A stretch of 63,850 nucleotides of DNA, the filler included, from Welwitschia mirabilis (lineage: Eukaryota): NCBI GenBank assembly GCA_051453625.1. It is 6 parts of one record of this genome, joined end to end, with 100 filler letters (N's around TTAATTAATTAA, not from the genome) between each part and the next. Parts side by side here need not be neighbours in the genome. Positions count along the whole stretch, not along the records: positions 19,250 to 29,514 come from JBOZIK010000001.1; positions 29,615 to 50,047 come from JBOZIK010000001.1; 4 more parts are not named here. One strand, 5' to 3'. The notes below the pieces were generated by a model, which was not told the DNA's origin, made no database searches, and saw only the letters and a list, made by a program, of their open reading frames with translations. This document shows, one piece after another, positions 23,801 to 36,749 of this stretch. Each line of letters opens with the position of its first letter. Positions within the stretch are counted from its first letter, which is position 1. Made by a program: the position numbers and the translations under genes.

Positions 23801-24900
23801 TTAACGTTTTAAGGGCAACAACTATTAGTGTCACTTTAGAGGGAAATAAGAGGAATAAGAAAGCCTTAATTGATATTAAAGCTAGTATCAACATTATACC
23901 CTTGCACAATTATTAATGAATTGGATTGAAAAGTAGAATAGAGACCATAAGGATTGTCTTAGAATTAGCTAATATATCTATTAAGAAACCATTAGAGATG
24001 ATTAAGGATTTAGTCATTTAGATTGAAGAATTATTCTACTCCATTGATGTTGTTGTATAGAAGTTAAACATAATAATGGTTATCCTTTACTTCTAGATAG
24101 AGATTTTCATGCAACAACTCATTATATTATAAATATAAGAAGAGGTTTGATAGAGTATCATTTAGAAAATTAAAAGTTTTCAATAAGAATGTTTAATACA
24201 ACTAAAAAAGTTTTAGATAACGATTTGGGTATAGAAGAGGAAATAAATAAGAAGAGGTTTGATAGAGTATCATTTAGGAAATAAAAGGTTTTAAATAAGA
24301 GTGTTTAATACAACTGAAAAAGTTTTAGATAATGATTTAAGTATAAAAGAGGAAATGAAGCGAAAGCCAACTTTGTTTTTACAGCACTATATACTTGAAG
24401 AAAGATGATTAATACATCACGAATTAATTTTATTAATAATTAACTAGAATTAGACAATTTAAATATTTTTTATGAACATCAATTTGATTTTAACAATCTA
24501 TAAATTAATTATTTTAATCTAGAAAGTAAAGAGACTAAGTTTGTTAGCTATGCAAAAGTTTAAGATTTAAGCAAAACTAAGATTTTATATTTTGAGGGTG
24601 GTTGTCCACTACTAACATCTAGATAATAGTATGAGTCAATAATGAATTTTGTTATAAATTTAATAGAAAAAAAATATAAATTCAAATATGAATTTGAAAA
24701 CTTTATCTAGTAAACTAAAATACATTTTTCTAAATAATGAGCTAAAATGACCTTTGATAATTAATGAAAATATTTCTTATCAATAAGAATCAAGCTCAAT
24801 ATCTCTTTTGTAATCTAAGATAAATGTGTTGGCTTGGTTCCATAAATATTTGATAGCCATTCTTACTTTAATTATTTAACATAAAATTTACCTTAAGGAT
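20857..24900 (+). pseudogene. Decayed gag-protease (Athila-like)
   Basis: Motifs seen: P.FSGELDEDPLQHI (~21290), VIFPMTL..K (~21405), the knuckle CVLCENNYHVTKEC (~22004), the protease motif ALIDIKASINIIP at 23863, PLLL.R.F.AT (~24083) and HKIYL.D (~24880). Confidence 0.85.
24137..24360 (+). repeat. Tandem duplication, 2 x 112 bp
   Basis: AAGAAGAGGTTTGATAGAGTATCATTTAG begins at both 24137 and 24249. Confidence 0.9.
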
Positions 24901-26339
24901 TATTATGTGTGAATCTATGCAATTCTAAAGTTTTTTAGATGAAACTGTAGATCAAATAACTTGCAGAAAATACACACTAGTATAGATGGGAGTTTAATTG
25001 AATGTCATAATCCTAATGAAGGCACTAGGATAAGAGTTAGAGAATTTATTTCCAATATGTTTTTAGTCTTTTATCTTATAAAAAATAAAAGTAAATAAAT
25101 AAGTAAATTCAATGCAAGTAAACGCAAATGAAATGCAAGTGAAAGTGGAATAAAGTCTCTTGGTTCCTAATCCTTCTATCACAAGGACTAGCCTCTCTAT
25201 AATTTAAATCAATTAAGAAGAGTATTCAACTAGTTCTTAACTAATATAAACTATAAGATCTACCAAATAGAATATCAAAATGAAATGAAATAGCAATGCA
25301 AGTTTAATACTAACTAAGGTCAACCTTAATAAAAGTTTCCCTTATGATCTAGATAAATCACAAAGTTATTACTTTAAACTATGATCAATATAAACCATAA
25401 GAGATATATATATAGTTTAAATGAAAATAGCAATTGTATTGATTCAAAGTGTATTTGGATTAATTCAAAAACTTTACATCCACTTATAATAGAGTAATAG
25501 CATCTCAATGAAAGATAGCCTAACACCAAGGGAACTCCTTTATGTACCTCTAGATGGATCTCTTGTCCTTCAATCTTCCACCACAAGCATATTAGGTATA
25601 AAAGATGAATTGGAAGTAAGGAAAAGAGGGGTATTTATAGTTTTACATTAAAAGTTCTAAAAACATAAATTTAGTCATTGGAGAGAAAACCCTAGCAGCC
25701 CAAGTGGGGCACATGACCTTATTAAAAAATAATTTAATCCTGCATATATAAAATAGTTATTATTTTGACTGTCATAGGGATGATACTAGAAATGATGCCC
25801 CTTAATTATAGATAATTAATTAGATTCTAGCTCTGCAATCAGCCCTGGGAATGACAATGGGAATGAAACCTCCCTTAAAAAGGTGCTTTTTTGACTCGAG
25901 GCTCTAGTCTAAATTGCTATTGCAATAGGTTAATACAGTGGTATCGTTCCCTCTGTTGTGAGGATGACAATGGGTATGACATACTTCCAAAGCTCCTTAG
26001 GTAAAGCAAATCAACCTTCTTTCATCATTAATCTTCTTCCAACATACTAAGTACTAGAACATGCCTAAAATGCCTCCAATTATGCCAAGAATTATTTGTT
26101 TCTGTGATCATCCCATCGACTCTTTATAATCATCAGAATTGCATCCAAACCTATATAAATGTCCTATAAAAGTACTCCACATTTACCATTAAATTCTTAT
26201 AAATTGATGTTGTAACATAGCTCCCTACTTNNNNNNNNNNNNNNNNNNNNNNNNNNNNNNNNNNNNNNNNNNNNNNNNNNNNNNNNNNNNNNNNNNNNNN
26301 NNNNNNNNNNNNNNNNNNNNNNNNNNNNNNAATAGTATA

Positions 26340-27968
26340 AAGCATTAGTATCATTAAATATTTCATTTAAGGTACGACTCAAAGAATGAGCCAAGAAGGT
26401 TTTAAGGGCTTTTGATAATGTTAAATAAGATTGAGAAGCTTCTTAAGATTCAAATCTAATCATGGATTATCATTAAGAAGATAAGGCTTACCCCAATTCA
26501 AAATTTGAAGATATTCCAAGTCAAACTTTTAAAAAGGATAATCAACAAAATCACAAGATAAAGTAAACTTGGTAGAAAAACAATGAATGCTACTTTAAGG
26601 ATCACATGAAATTTGAAAAGGGAGAGATGGAGAGATAGGAAAAATAGACTCTTCAAAATTATGGATATTATGAGAGTTAAGAAAAGAAACATGACCTTGA
26701 GAATTATATGAAGGTTTAATGGGAAGAGATGGAGAAGGATTATCATAATTAAGATCATAAGGTAATGTAAAGGTAAAAGTAGAAGTAAAAGAAATGATGT
26801 GATCTAAAATTGTACATAAAGGTATACATAGAAAGGATTTAGAAGTATGGGTAGAATGAATAAGTTTATCCTCTATGAAATTTNNNNNNNNNNNNNNNNN
26901 NNNNNNNNNNNNNNNNNNNNNNNNNNNNNNNNNNNNNNNNNNNNNNNNNNNNNNNNNNNNNNNNNNNNNNNNNNNNNNNNNNNATAAGTCTATCCTTTAT
27001 GAAATTTGAATGAATCTCTATGAGTCCTTCATTGTGATTAGTTTCTTTACTATTATCTTTATCATTATTTTGTTAGGTTATTGCTTTACTTTTATCATTG
27101 TTATTTGTAACTAGATCTTCCTTTTCATGTAAACATTGCTTTCATTCTCCAGATTATTGGATTCATTGAAAATATTAGCAAGAGAAATAAGAGCATTATC
27201 TTCATCATGGATTGAAAAGTTTACAGTTTTTTCATGAACGAATTTCTTATCCCAAGTATTTAGTATTAAATGAATGGCAAGAGTATAATCTAAAACCTAA
27301 ATATCATCATCTAATGAATAGTCATCTTTATCTCAATTGTTGAAAAGTTGAGTTGAGTTATTATTATCTATTCTTTACTCATCTCCTAATGAGTAGGATG
27401 TTGAAGTTTAATTCAAAATTTTGTATTTGAGTTGAAAGCAAGAATCATTATCATTTGTGTCTAAGTTATCCTCATTTTCCTTAAGGTAGGATTAAGTAGG
27501 ATAGTTTTGAGGACGTTGTGATGTAAAAGAACCTTAATTTTATAATAATTTTTGATGCAAGATTTCAACTAATATTTCTAGGTTCTTGTTGTGTTCTCTT
27601 GATTCTTTGTTATTTCATTAATCTTTTCTTTTAAAGGATTATTTTATTACTTGTATTAGGTCATGGGATATTGTTCCTCTTCATAGTAATGCATGGGAGA
27701 TGGTTGGGATTGATAAAAGGGATTGTAAGAAGTTTATCTAAATCAAGAGAAATCCCTAAAATATGGAAAATCTTCATTATCATTTCTATATAAGGTTTTA
27801 AAATAAGAGGGAAAAGAATAAGAAGATTGAAAAGAGAAAGGTGTCCAATTCCTATTATCAACATTCTTCTATGGTGATCTCCCCCTTTCAGTAAAACATT
27901 TTGAAGTGTTTTCTTATTATTATCCTCATCATTTTGCAAGTTTCTTCTCCTTTCAAAAAGAAGTTTCA
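26340..27968 (-). pseudogene. Homologue of the unknown ORF at 11244-12900
   Basis: The minus strand at ~26420-26546 reads VDYPF*KFDLEYLQILNWGKPYLLNDNP*LDLNLKKLL, aligning without gaps to IDLSFSKLDLGCLEIINWEKPYLLDPNPCFKLKIKELL. The N-terminal part at ~27770-27940 also aligns with ~11330-11490. Confidence 0.7.
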
Positions 27969-28068
27969 NNNNNNNNNNNNNNNNNNNNNNNNNNNNNNNN
28001 NNNNNNNNNNNNNNNNNNNNNNNNNNNNNNNNNNNNNNNNNNNNNNNNNNNNNNNNNNNNNNNNNNNN

Positions 28069-28176
28069 ACATTCGGATCACTCCGTCTATACTAGCGTGT
28101 TGTATTTTGCATCTTATTGATAATTAACAGGATTGAATTTGAAATATAAACTATTGCACAAATACACATCGCAACA
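28069..28176 (+). mobile_element. 3' terminus of a subtype D-like LTR inserted antiparallel into the 5' UTR of the minus-strand element
   Basis: GGATCACTCCGTCTATACTAGCGTG...AAATACACATCGCAACA matches 47221-47323. No PBS follows. Confidence 0.8.
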
Positions 28177-29614
28177 ATGGGGATGATAGAGGAAATGATA
28201 AACTCTGAAAAAAAAATTACTAAAACTCAGAAAAACCTAGATTACTAGAAAAATAGATTATCATCCAAGCTGTTGTGGGGATGATTAAGGAGATGATAAT
28301 ATTTTTATTATTGAACTAAAAATAACAGAAAAATTAAAAAAATAAAAAATAATTTCAAAATTTTAAAACTATAGTGCCTAATTTCATTGGGATGATGGAG
28401 AGAATGACAGGATCCCTAAAAAATTATGGAAAATAAAATTTTATAGAATAAACCTAATTTAAGCTAAGCTAAAAATATAATACTAATTCAAATAAATAAC
28501 CTAAACAAAAGATTCAAAGTACTTATCTAATTAGTGATAATTCTTCAGCTCCTTATCACCTTCCCCGATAATGGCACCAAAATGTTTTGGTGTGAATTTA
28601 TACAATTGTAAAGTTTTTTAGATAAACACATACTAGTATAGACGGGAGTTCACTCGAATCTCATAATCCCAATGAAGGCATTAGGCTAAGAGTTAGTGAA
28701 TTGATTTTTAATATGTTTTTGATCTTTTATATTATAAAAACTAAAAGTAAGTAAATAAGTAAATGTAATGCAAATAAATAAAAATGAAATGCAAGTAGAA
28801 ATGGAATAAACTCTCTTGATTTTCAATCCTTCTATTACAAAGACTGGCCTCTCTATAATTTAGATTATTTAAGAAGACTATTAACTTAGATCTTAACCAA
28901 TATAAACTATGAGATCTAAATATAAAATGTAGTGTGAAATGAAATGGAATTTCAATGCAAATCTAATACCAACCAAGGTTAACCTTAACAAATGTTGCTC
29001 TTATGATCTAGATAAACTACAAATTTGTTACTTTAAACTATAATCAATGTAAACGATAAGGGGAATATACAAAATTAAAATGAAAATAGTAATTGTATTG
29101 ATTCAAATAGTATTTGAATTAATTCAAGAACTTTACATCTACTTAAAATAGAATAATAGCATCTCAATGGAAGAGACTCATCCTAGCCCAAGGAAACTCC
29201 TTTCTGTAGCTTTGGATGGATCTCTTATCCTTTAATCTTCCTTCACAAGCATATCAAGTATAAAAGATGAATTGAAAGTGAGAACAATAAGGGGTATTTA
29301 TATTTTTACATTGAAAGTTCTAGAAACATAACCCTAAGAGTTAGAGAGAAAACCCTAGCAGCTTAAGTGGGATGCATGACCCAATTACAAGATAATTTAG
29401 CCCCACATATATAAAAAAGTTATTATCCTAACTGTTGTGAAAACAACACTAGGGATCATACCTCTTAATAATAAATAATTAATCAATTCTAACTCCACAA
29501 TCGACCCTATAGTTNNNNNNNNNNNNNNNNNNNNNNNNNNNNNNNNNNNNNNNNNNNNTTAATTAATTAANNNNNNNNNNNNNNNNNNNNNNNNNNNNNN
29601 NNNNNNNNNNNNNN

Positions 29615-32600
29615 TTGTTATGGATAATTGACTTATGTGATGTTATGATGTTCTTCTTGGGAGTTTACTAGGTTAGTACTTAGGATAGATAAACAATCTT
29701 TTCCTTGTTCCTTATGTCCATTTTCACTGTGGTTTTCTTCAGGTTTTGAGTCTATTATTTCAAAGTTATTTTTTCATTTTCTTATTTCTTCTTATAACCT
29801 TAACCACTTAGTAGTTTTCTTGTTGTTTAATCATGATAAAATTTTTTTCTAAAAATACATTTTAATTAAAAATGTTTAAAAGAACATCTTTTTCATAATC
29901 TTTATAAGTTTTCTTATAGTTTATTAAAGTTCTAAGTCTATCATGCTTTTATTTTATATTCAGGCATGTTCATTTAGTTTTTAATATAGGTTTTCAACTT
30001 ATATAGTCTATTTTCTTTATTCATAGATTTTTCTTTTATATGTATTTATCCTTTTTCCATTAATTTTTCTAAGTTTTCATGTTTTTTGAGTGATTTTCTA
30101 TTTTTCTGGTTTTTTTCTTGTCTTTTTCCTTTCCAGAACTATCACTTCAACGATCATATCTGATCCTAACTTTCATGGCTGATGTTTTTCTCCTGAAAAA
30201 ATTTTTCATGTGCTATCATCTACCTAGTCATCCAGATGACACTGTAGAGGAAAACAACCTAATTTTTATGAGAGTCATCCTAGGGCTATCGTCTAGATGA
30301 CGTGATTGGATAACAGTGTAATAAAAAAAGGTCCAAATCCTTTTACCTTATTTTCACTCGTTTTCTCATCATTTTCCTTTATTATTCTAAGAGACAATGA
30401 TCCTCTAGCTAGTACCAGTATTTTAGGACTTGTCCCACCTGATTTCATTACCAGATTCGTGAGATCTCTTAAAATTTATAAAAATGAGGAATGTTTCTAT
30501 CTCCTCCTAATTTTTCACTTTTTTCTCCCATTTTTCAACCTCTTGATGCATAGTTTTCATGTATATTGTTCAATTTTTTGTGATCTTCATTTTAGGACTT
30601 AAGATTTGAATTTTACCATGTATTTTTTGAGATATGATTAGTTTTACATATTATGAGGTATTTTTAGGTTTTTACCTTTTGTACTCATTTTCTTACAAAC
30701 TATGGATTGAATTATAGTGGTACTTTAGACAAAATTTATTAGTACGATTTGCTCTATGACTTTGCCAAATTAGATTTTTCATTTGAGTATTATGAATTTT
30801 TACTACTTGTGAGGCCCACTTATTACACAAATTTCACACTGCATTTTTCTCTCATGTTTAAGCAGTTTAGGATGCATTACATCTTTTAGAAGGGGGCAAG
30901 ATATATTTTCAGTATTTTTGCTACTTTTTCATCGATTTTAAGAGTCATTATTACACATCCATGCGATGTTTTTGACTTATTTATCTATTTTCACATGATG
31001 AGTTTATGTTTTCAATTGAGTAGGATACATACGTGTATAGCTAGATAGGTAAAGGCTTTAGCTGAGCCTATAGAGTAGAAGGCAGGCACTTTAGTTGAGC
31101 CTGAGATATAGCATGTGGATTCTGCTCACCTGCCACCTTGACATGAATGATCTTTGAGCATACAGATAATTAGCATTTATGCCGAGAGATATTTTGGAGA
31201 TTTCATAAGATGCATAGAGCTAGGGGTTGATTAAAGATTAATAGAGCTATGTCTTAGATGGATTACAGATGTGCATGATGCATATTATGCTTCTGAGATG
31301 AGAGAGTTCTATGATACTATGCATATAAAGATGTGACTGGATGCTTATTGTTAGCTATAGGACATGATCATTGCTTACATTTGAGACCATAAGATAGCTA
31401 TCCTCTCATCCTACATTGCATTCATTATAGATATTAGAGGACTTAAGATCTTGCATATTCATTCAGCTGGTGAAATAGAGGATTATCGAGCCTATGGTAC
31501 TATCTTAGACATTCTAGCTAATTTCACCACTGATCAAAGGGGGTAAATGTTACCCAAGTAAACCTCGCATATAGAGGTTTGCATAGAGGACTGATTCATA
31601 ATATCAGTTCATCCTACCATTATAGTTATGCTATGGTCATACATTTATAGATTTTAGTAGCTTTCCATTAGGGAAAATAGATGGATTTATTGATGTTTAT
31701 CTAGAGGAGACTCAGGTTTATGATTGAGACACAACATCTATAAACACTTAGTTATCCATGCCTCTTCTTAGCTTTATTCAGATTATTTAGGATACTAGAG
31801 CTCATAGATGAGTAGAAAATTTCTTATATATAGATTTTTACTGGCTATTTACAAGACATGAGTATTCAGATACTAGAAGAGATAAAGCAACCTTAGGTGT
31901 AGAGACCTATAATTGATGTTATACTTAAGCAGATATAGGTCCTTCTAGTAAAAACCACAAATACTATTAGAAGTTTCATGAATCATGATATCCAAACATT
32001 AGACTAAAGGATATAGGCTCTAGATCAAAGGACTTAAACATTGGAGCAGAGGATCTTGATAATTAAAAGAAGAGTCCAACACTTTAAGGACTAGATTGTC
32101 GACATGCTCTAGTATGTTATTTTCATTTAGTAGAGTATTATAGTGTATATACCAAAGGCTATTTGTGTTTAAGGAGATGAGATGGTTCATTCCATTTCCA
32201 CATCATTAGACCTATATTTTGCTACTGATCTTGAGCATTCTCCTTCTTTTTCCCCTACACTTGAGTTAGCTACTTAGACAAAGTTTATTATACAATGACA
32301 AGGGAAGTAATGTTATCATATTTTATATCTCCTCTTCTATGTATTATTGTACTGAAATTGATTTTTATATATACATATTATTTTTTGAGTTCAGCATGGT
32401 GTAACTTTTTATCTAATTTTTATGATTTTGTTTTCATGTGTTATAATGAGGATTTATTTTTTTAGGTGATAGTTTTAGTCATTACTATATATTTTAGTGG
32501 AAGGATTTTAATTATAAATGCATTAACTAATTATTTCTATAAAAAAATTGTATCAAAGATTTTAATTTTTCAAGACCATTTTTTAACCCTGTCATTCTCC

Positions 32601-33932
32601 CATCATCTAGATGATGAACTAGATGATACTTTGGCTAGTTACTAACTCAAGTAAAATATTTAATTTTCTGATTTTTCATGATTTAGTCTATATCTCTAAG
32701 ATTTCTAAAAATTTTTTTGAGATAATTTCTTTAGTAACTTAGCTACTTTTATTATTAGATAATTTGACTTGTAATCATGGTTTATCACCTAGAATTTTTA
32801 GGACCTAATAAGACTAAGTGGAGGGATATGTTGCATTGCGAACCTGCATATATTTAATAGGGTATTTTAAGTAGTTTTATAGGATATTAAATAGGTTTAA
32901 GATAGGTTTCCATGATAATAAAGTGCTGAGATGAAAAATACAAAAACATGCAATCTCCATGATATTTTATAGCATTTATAGTAGTTCACAATAATTTATA
33001 TTTTTGAGATAAACTTCTCACAAAACATTGAGGCTAATGCATTAGATGAACACTTGTAAAAGGCTATCTTCCACCTCATCTTTTGGATGATTACGTGGAT
33101 GATAGAATAGTTGAACCTAATGGGGATGTTAACTATGATTAATTTGGAAGTTTACATGGATTTTTTATGAGGTGATATCATTTCTTGTATTATTTGGATG
33201 ATAAGCAAGATGACATCTATTATAATACTCCACTAAACATTTATCTAACTTTTTTCATTTGTCTATATATTTCTTACGTAGCCATTAGAATTGTGCCCAT
33301 ACCTATTTATCTGTATTGTTATGTATGTGTTTGTTGTCAATAAGTATTGATTTTGTCCTTGACTCCATTTTATCTTAGCTTGCATTAGAAATTATTATGA
33401 TAAGAGATCAAAAAGCCAAAGGACCATCCTTTATAGTTGTAGAGAGATGTCTTTCTTAATGTTGGGCTATGCTTCCTCTATTAATGTGTGGCTGCATTAT
33501 AACATAGATGTAATTTGATTAATACAAATAACCCTTTTTCATTTTCTATTCTTGTTGTTATTTATCCTTCATAGTTTATATTACTTCTAATTTAGTGACA
33601 GTTTTTTAAGTGATATAGGTTACAAGAGTAACCTTTGTCAAAGTTGAGCATTATTGTTTTAGGTGCATTATTACTTTTCCTTCCTAAATTAACTTTGCAT
33701 AAGTGTATTGCATTGTACTTTTCTGCATTGCAATTTATTTCTAATACTAGAATATGTAAGTATTTCTTATTGAAATTTATTCTCTTTTTTTAGCATGTGC
33801 CTTCAATGGATTATGACATTTAGGTCCACTCCTATCTATATTAGTATGTTGTGTTATGCAAGATATCTATTTTATTTGTAAATGATAGGATCTTTTTGAG
33901 TGTAATAGTTTACACAAATATGCAATATAACA
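29615..33932 (+). mobile_element. 3' half of an Athila-like element (subtype B): spacer, decayed env-like ORF, PPT and 3' LTR 32829-33932
   Basis: The PPT GACTAAGTGGAGGGATA precedes an LTR running TGTTGC...ATATAACA that is colinear with 16750-17836. Confidence 0.88.
30390..32310 (+). pseudogene. Decayed extra (env-like) ORF of the Athila-like element
   Basis: About 1.9 kb of coding-like composition lies between pyrimidine-rich spacers in the env position. EECFYLLLIFHFF resembles the YPxLxxEFY motif of Athila/SIRE extra ORFs. Boundaries are approximate. Confidence 0.5.
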
Positions 33933-33939
33933 TTAAATT

Positions 33940-34522
33940 TTCATTATAAAAGGTAAAGGATAAACTAATTTATTAACTACTACTTTATTTCTCATATTTA
34001 TTCTTTTATTAACTAGAGTATTATTAAAATTTTTTTCTTTCTTTGGTCTTCATCTGTCACCATTTGTTTTCCAAATCTAGTAGTCACTAATTTACTTGTT
34101 GCTTCCCTTAGATTTGGTTGAGGTTGAGTAGGAATTTTTCCTTCTTTCTTCTTTATCTTTAATTTTTTTAATATCTTTTGGATCTTATTTCTCTAATTAT
34201 TATAATAGTCATATTTCTCTTGACTTTTAGAATTCACATACTTATGTAAAAGCTTTTCTAACTTACCTTCCAATTTTATATTTAGTAACGATATGGTCTT
34301 TTCTTTGCTTGAGGTTGGTTTTCTATATTTAAATCTATTCTATTAATATCCAATTAATGAAAAAATTCCTACATCTAGGGACATTTTATTCCTTCATGAT
34401 TATCTTCTTTGTAATGTTTGAATATAGGTCCTTTCTTTTTAAAGTGTTATATAGCTCATTAATCAAATTTTTCCACCACACTATCAGTCAGTTTTTTAGT
34501 TGCTTCTTCTATTAGACTAATA
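33940..34522 (-). pseudogene. Gypsy gag C-terminal remnant; probably continues 42856-43820
   Basis: The minus strand reads KEGKIPTQPQPNLREATSKLVTTRFGKQ, matching the gag GxxPxQPxxNP...TRSGK motif. Confidence 0.7.
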
Positions 34523-36137
34523 NNNNNNNNNNNNNNNNNNNNNNNNNNNNNNNNNNNNNNNNNNNNNNNNNNNNNNNNNNNNNNNNNNNNNNNNNNNNNN
34601 NNNNNNNNNNNNNNNNNNNNNNNNNNNNNNNNNNNNNNNNNNNNNNNNNNNNNNNNNNNNNNNNNNNNNNNNNNNNNNNNNNNNNNNNNNNNNNNNNNNN
34701 NNNNNNNNNNNNNNNNNNNNNNNNNNNNNNNNNNNNNNNNNNNNNNNNNNNNNNNNNNNNNNNNNNNNNNNNNNNNNNNNNNNNNNNNNNNNNNNNNNNN
34801 NNNNNNNNNNNNNNNNNNNNNNNNNNNNNNNNNNNNNNNNNNNNNNNNNNNNNNNNNNNNNNNNNNNNNNNNNNNNNNNNNNNNNNNNNNNNNNNNNNNN
34901 NNNNNNNNNNNNNNNNNNNNNNNNNNNNNNNNNNNNNNNNNNNNNNNNNNNNNNNNNNNNNNNNNNNNNNNNNNNNNNNNNNNNNNNNNNNNNNNNNNNN
35001 NNNNNNNNNNNNNNNNNNNNNNNNNNNNNNNNNNNNNNNNNNNNNNNNNNNNNNNNNNNNNNNNNNNNNNNNNNNNNNNNNNNNNNNNNNNNNNNNNNNN
35101 NNNNNNNNNNNNNNNNNNNNNNNNNNNNNNNNNNNNNNNNNNNNNNNNNNNNAGATTATGTATTGCCAATTGATGTTAAACTAATATTTTCTATGAAGTA
35201 AAATTTGTGTATTTTATGTAGAAAATATTGATCACTTAGAGGTCAAAAGCTAAAGCATAGAATGTCACATTTTAATCACTAAAGCATGTCAAGTTGAATT
35301 ATCCTCTTAAAGGATAAATTAGATTTTCAAGGAATCAATTGCACTTAGATTAAACTCTTATAATTACACTAAATTTATAGGGACCGACTAGAATTTTGAG
35401 GGGTCAACTGGACTTGTGAACTTGAAAACTAGTTCTCTTAAATAGATTGTCAAGAGGTCAATCAAATCTATAAGGGGTCAACTGAATCTAAGCACTATGA
35501 ATGTAATTTTCTTAAGCTGATAATTAAGGATTCAACCAGATACTTGAGGGGTTGATCAAAAATAATGTATAAAAATAAAATGGATTTTTTTAGGATGAGC
35601 AGGTGATCAGACAGATATGCAGGCAACCAAATGAACGGGTGACTAGACCTTGAGGAGTCAACCAGACATAGAGCTATAAGAAACTGGGATGACCAAATAG
35701 TTTACTCAAGTGATCTAATGAAGTAAAGGCACTAGGAGAAGTCGATTAAACATTTAATAAGTGAACTGACAAAAATGAAAATGAAATTTTATATCTATTA
35801 TATAGCTATTTTCTAGCCATTAGAAGTATGTTTTTAACTATACTAATCCTAAAAACCTTTCATTATAAATAGCTAAGAGAGAAATCATTAAAATAACTTT
35901 TTAACCTTTTACTAAATGATTGAAGCTTATGATTTATCATTGTACTATCTTTACATTGCATTTTTGATCAAGGATGAGTTGACACCTATTGTATCTTTGC
36001 ATACAATATTAGATCTTGTACTTCATTGTTTGTAGTTTATATCATTTATAGGAGAAGATATTCATTACTATCATTGAGCCAAAGAACGAGTGAAATCAGT
36101 GCACTTAAACATTTTATCATCACTACCACATCTTGTG

Positions 36138-36270
36138 AAAGATTAAGACTTAGCTTGTAAAAGCCCATTTGAAAGATTGAGAATTAACCTACAAAAGTCC
36201 ATTTAAAAAGGTTGAGACTTAGCCTGCAAAAGTCTAGTTGAAAGATTGAGACTTAGCCTACAAAAATCTA
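36138..36270 (+). repeat. Tandem array of about 4 x 34-35 bp within the SIRE LTR; second copy at ~42432-42565
   Basis: The unit is approximately GAAAGATTGAGACTTAGCCTACAAAAGTCTATTT. Confidence 0.9.
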
Positions 36271-36685
36271 TGTGTAAAGATTACAAGTAAACCTACACTA
36301 CATGGAACACTTAACAAAGATCCAGACTAGGCTTGGTGATAAGCTAATCATTGAGAGTGGAGTAGGGAGGTTTTTAAACCACTATAAAACTTGCATGTAT
36401 TTGATCATTATTTTTATGCTTTCCATTATTTTCATTTTTTTGAATACTGTTAGTACTTATGCACAAGTTTTATAGTGCTCTANNNNNNNNNNNNNNNNNN
36501 NNNNNNNNNNNNNNNNNNNNNNNNNNNNNNNNNNNNNNNNNNNNNNNNNNNNNNNNNNNNNNNNNNNNNNNNNNNNNNNNNNCAAGTTTTATAGTGCTCT
36601 ATTTTAAGAAAGTTTTTATTATGATTTTATTTAAATATTTCAAGGACATATTCACTTCCCCTCTAGGGTTCTCAATTCTCACATT

Positions 36686-36697
36686 TGGTATCAGAGC
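36686..36697 (+). promoter_or_regulatory. PBS for initiator tRNA-Met
   Basis: TGGTATCAGAGC follows the LTR end ...TCTCACA and a TT spacer. Confidence 0.95.
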
Positions 36698-36749
36698 TAA
36701 GTTGAGTCTAGTTTTAGATTTTAACTAATCTAGACTCTAAAATATAAAA

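Larger units (their letters stand above)
19324..24900 (+). mobile_element. Athila-like element (subtype B): 5' LTR remainder to 20400, PBS, 5' UTR, decayed gag-protease; cut by an insertion before RT
   Basis: The LTR ends ...CATTGCAGCA at 20400 with a decayed Asp PBS at ~20404. Gag and protease motifs follow downstream. Confidence 0.88.
24901..29514 (-). mobile_element. Minus-strand non-autonomous Athila-like element (subtype C): 3' LTR 24901-26217, PPT 26218-26230, gapped interior with the unknown ORF, PBS 28562-28579, 5' LTR 28583 to the gap at 29514
   Basis: Two colinear LTRs match the reverse complement of 50388-51643. The minus-strand PBS reads TGGTGCCATTATCGGGGA and the PPT reads AAGTAGGGAGCTA. 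Confidence 0.88.

Noticed and set aside
34459-35169. Long ORFs of 160-240 aa in the ORF track (also 36886-37581, 54366-55100, 60689-61237)
   Set aside because: They consist almost entirely of N-gap translations.
36138-36270. 34-bp repeats considered as a CRISPR array
   Set aside because: The units are head-to-tail with no unique spacers, lie inside a plant LTR, and no cas genes are present.
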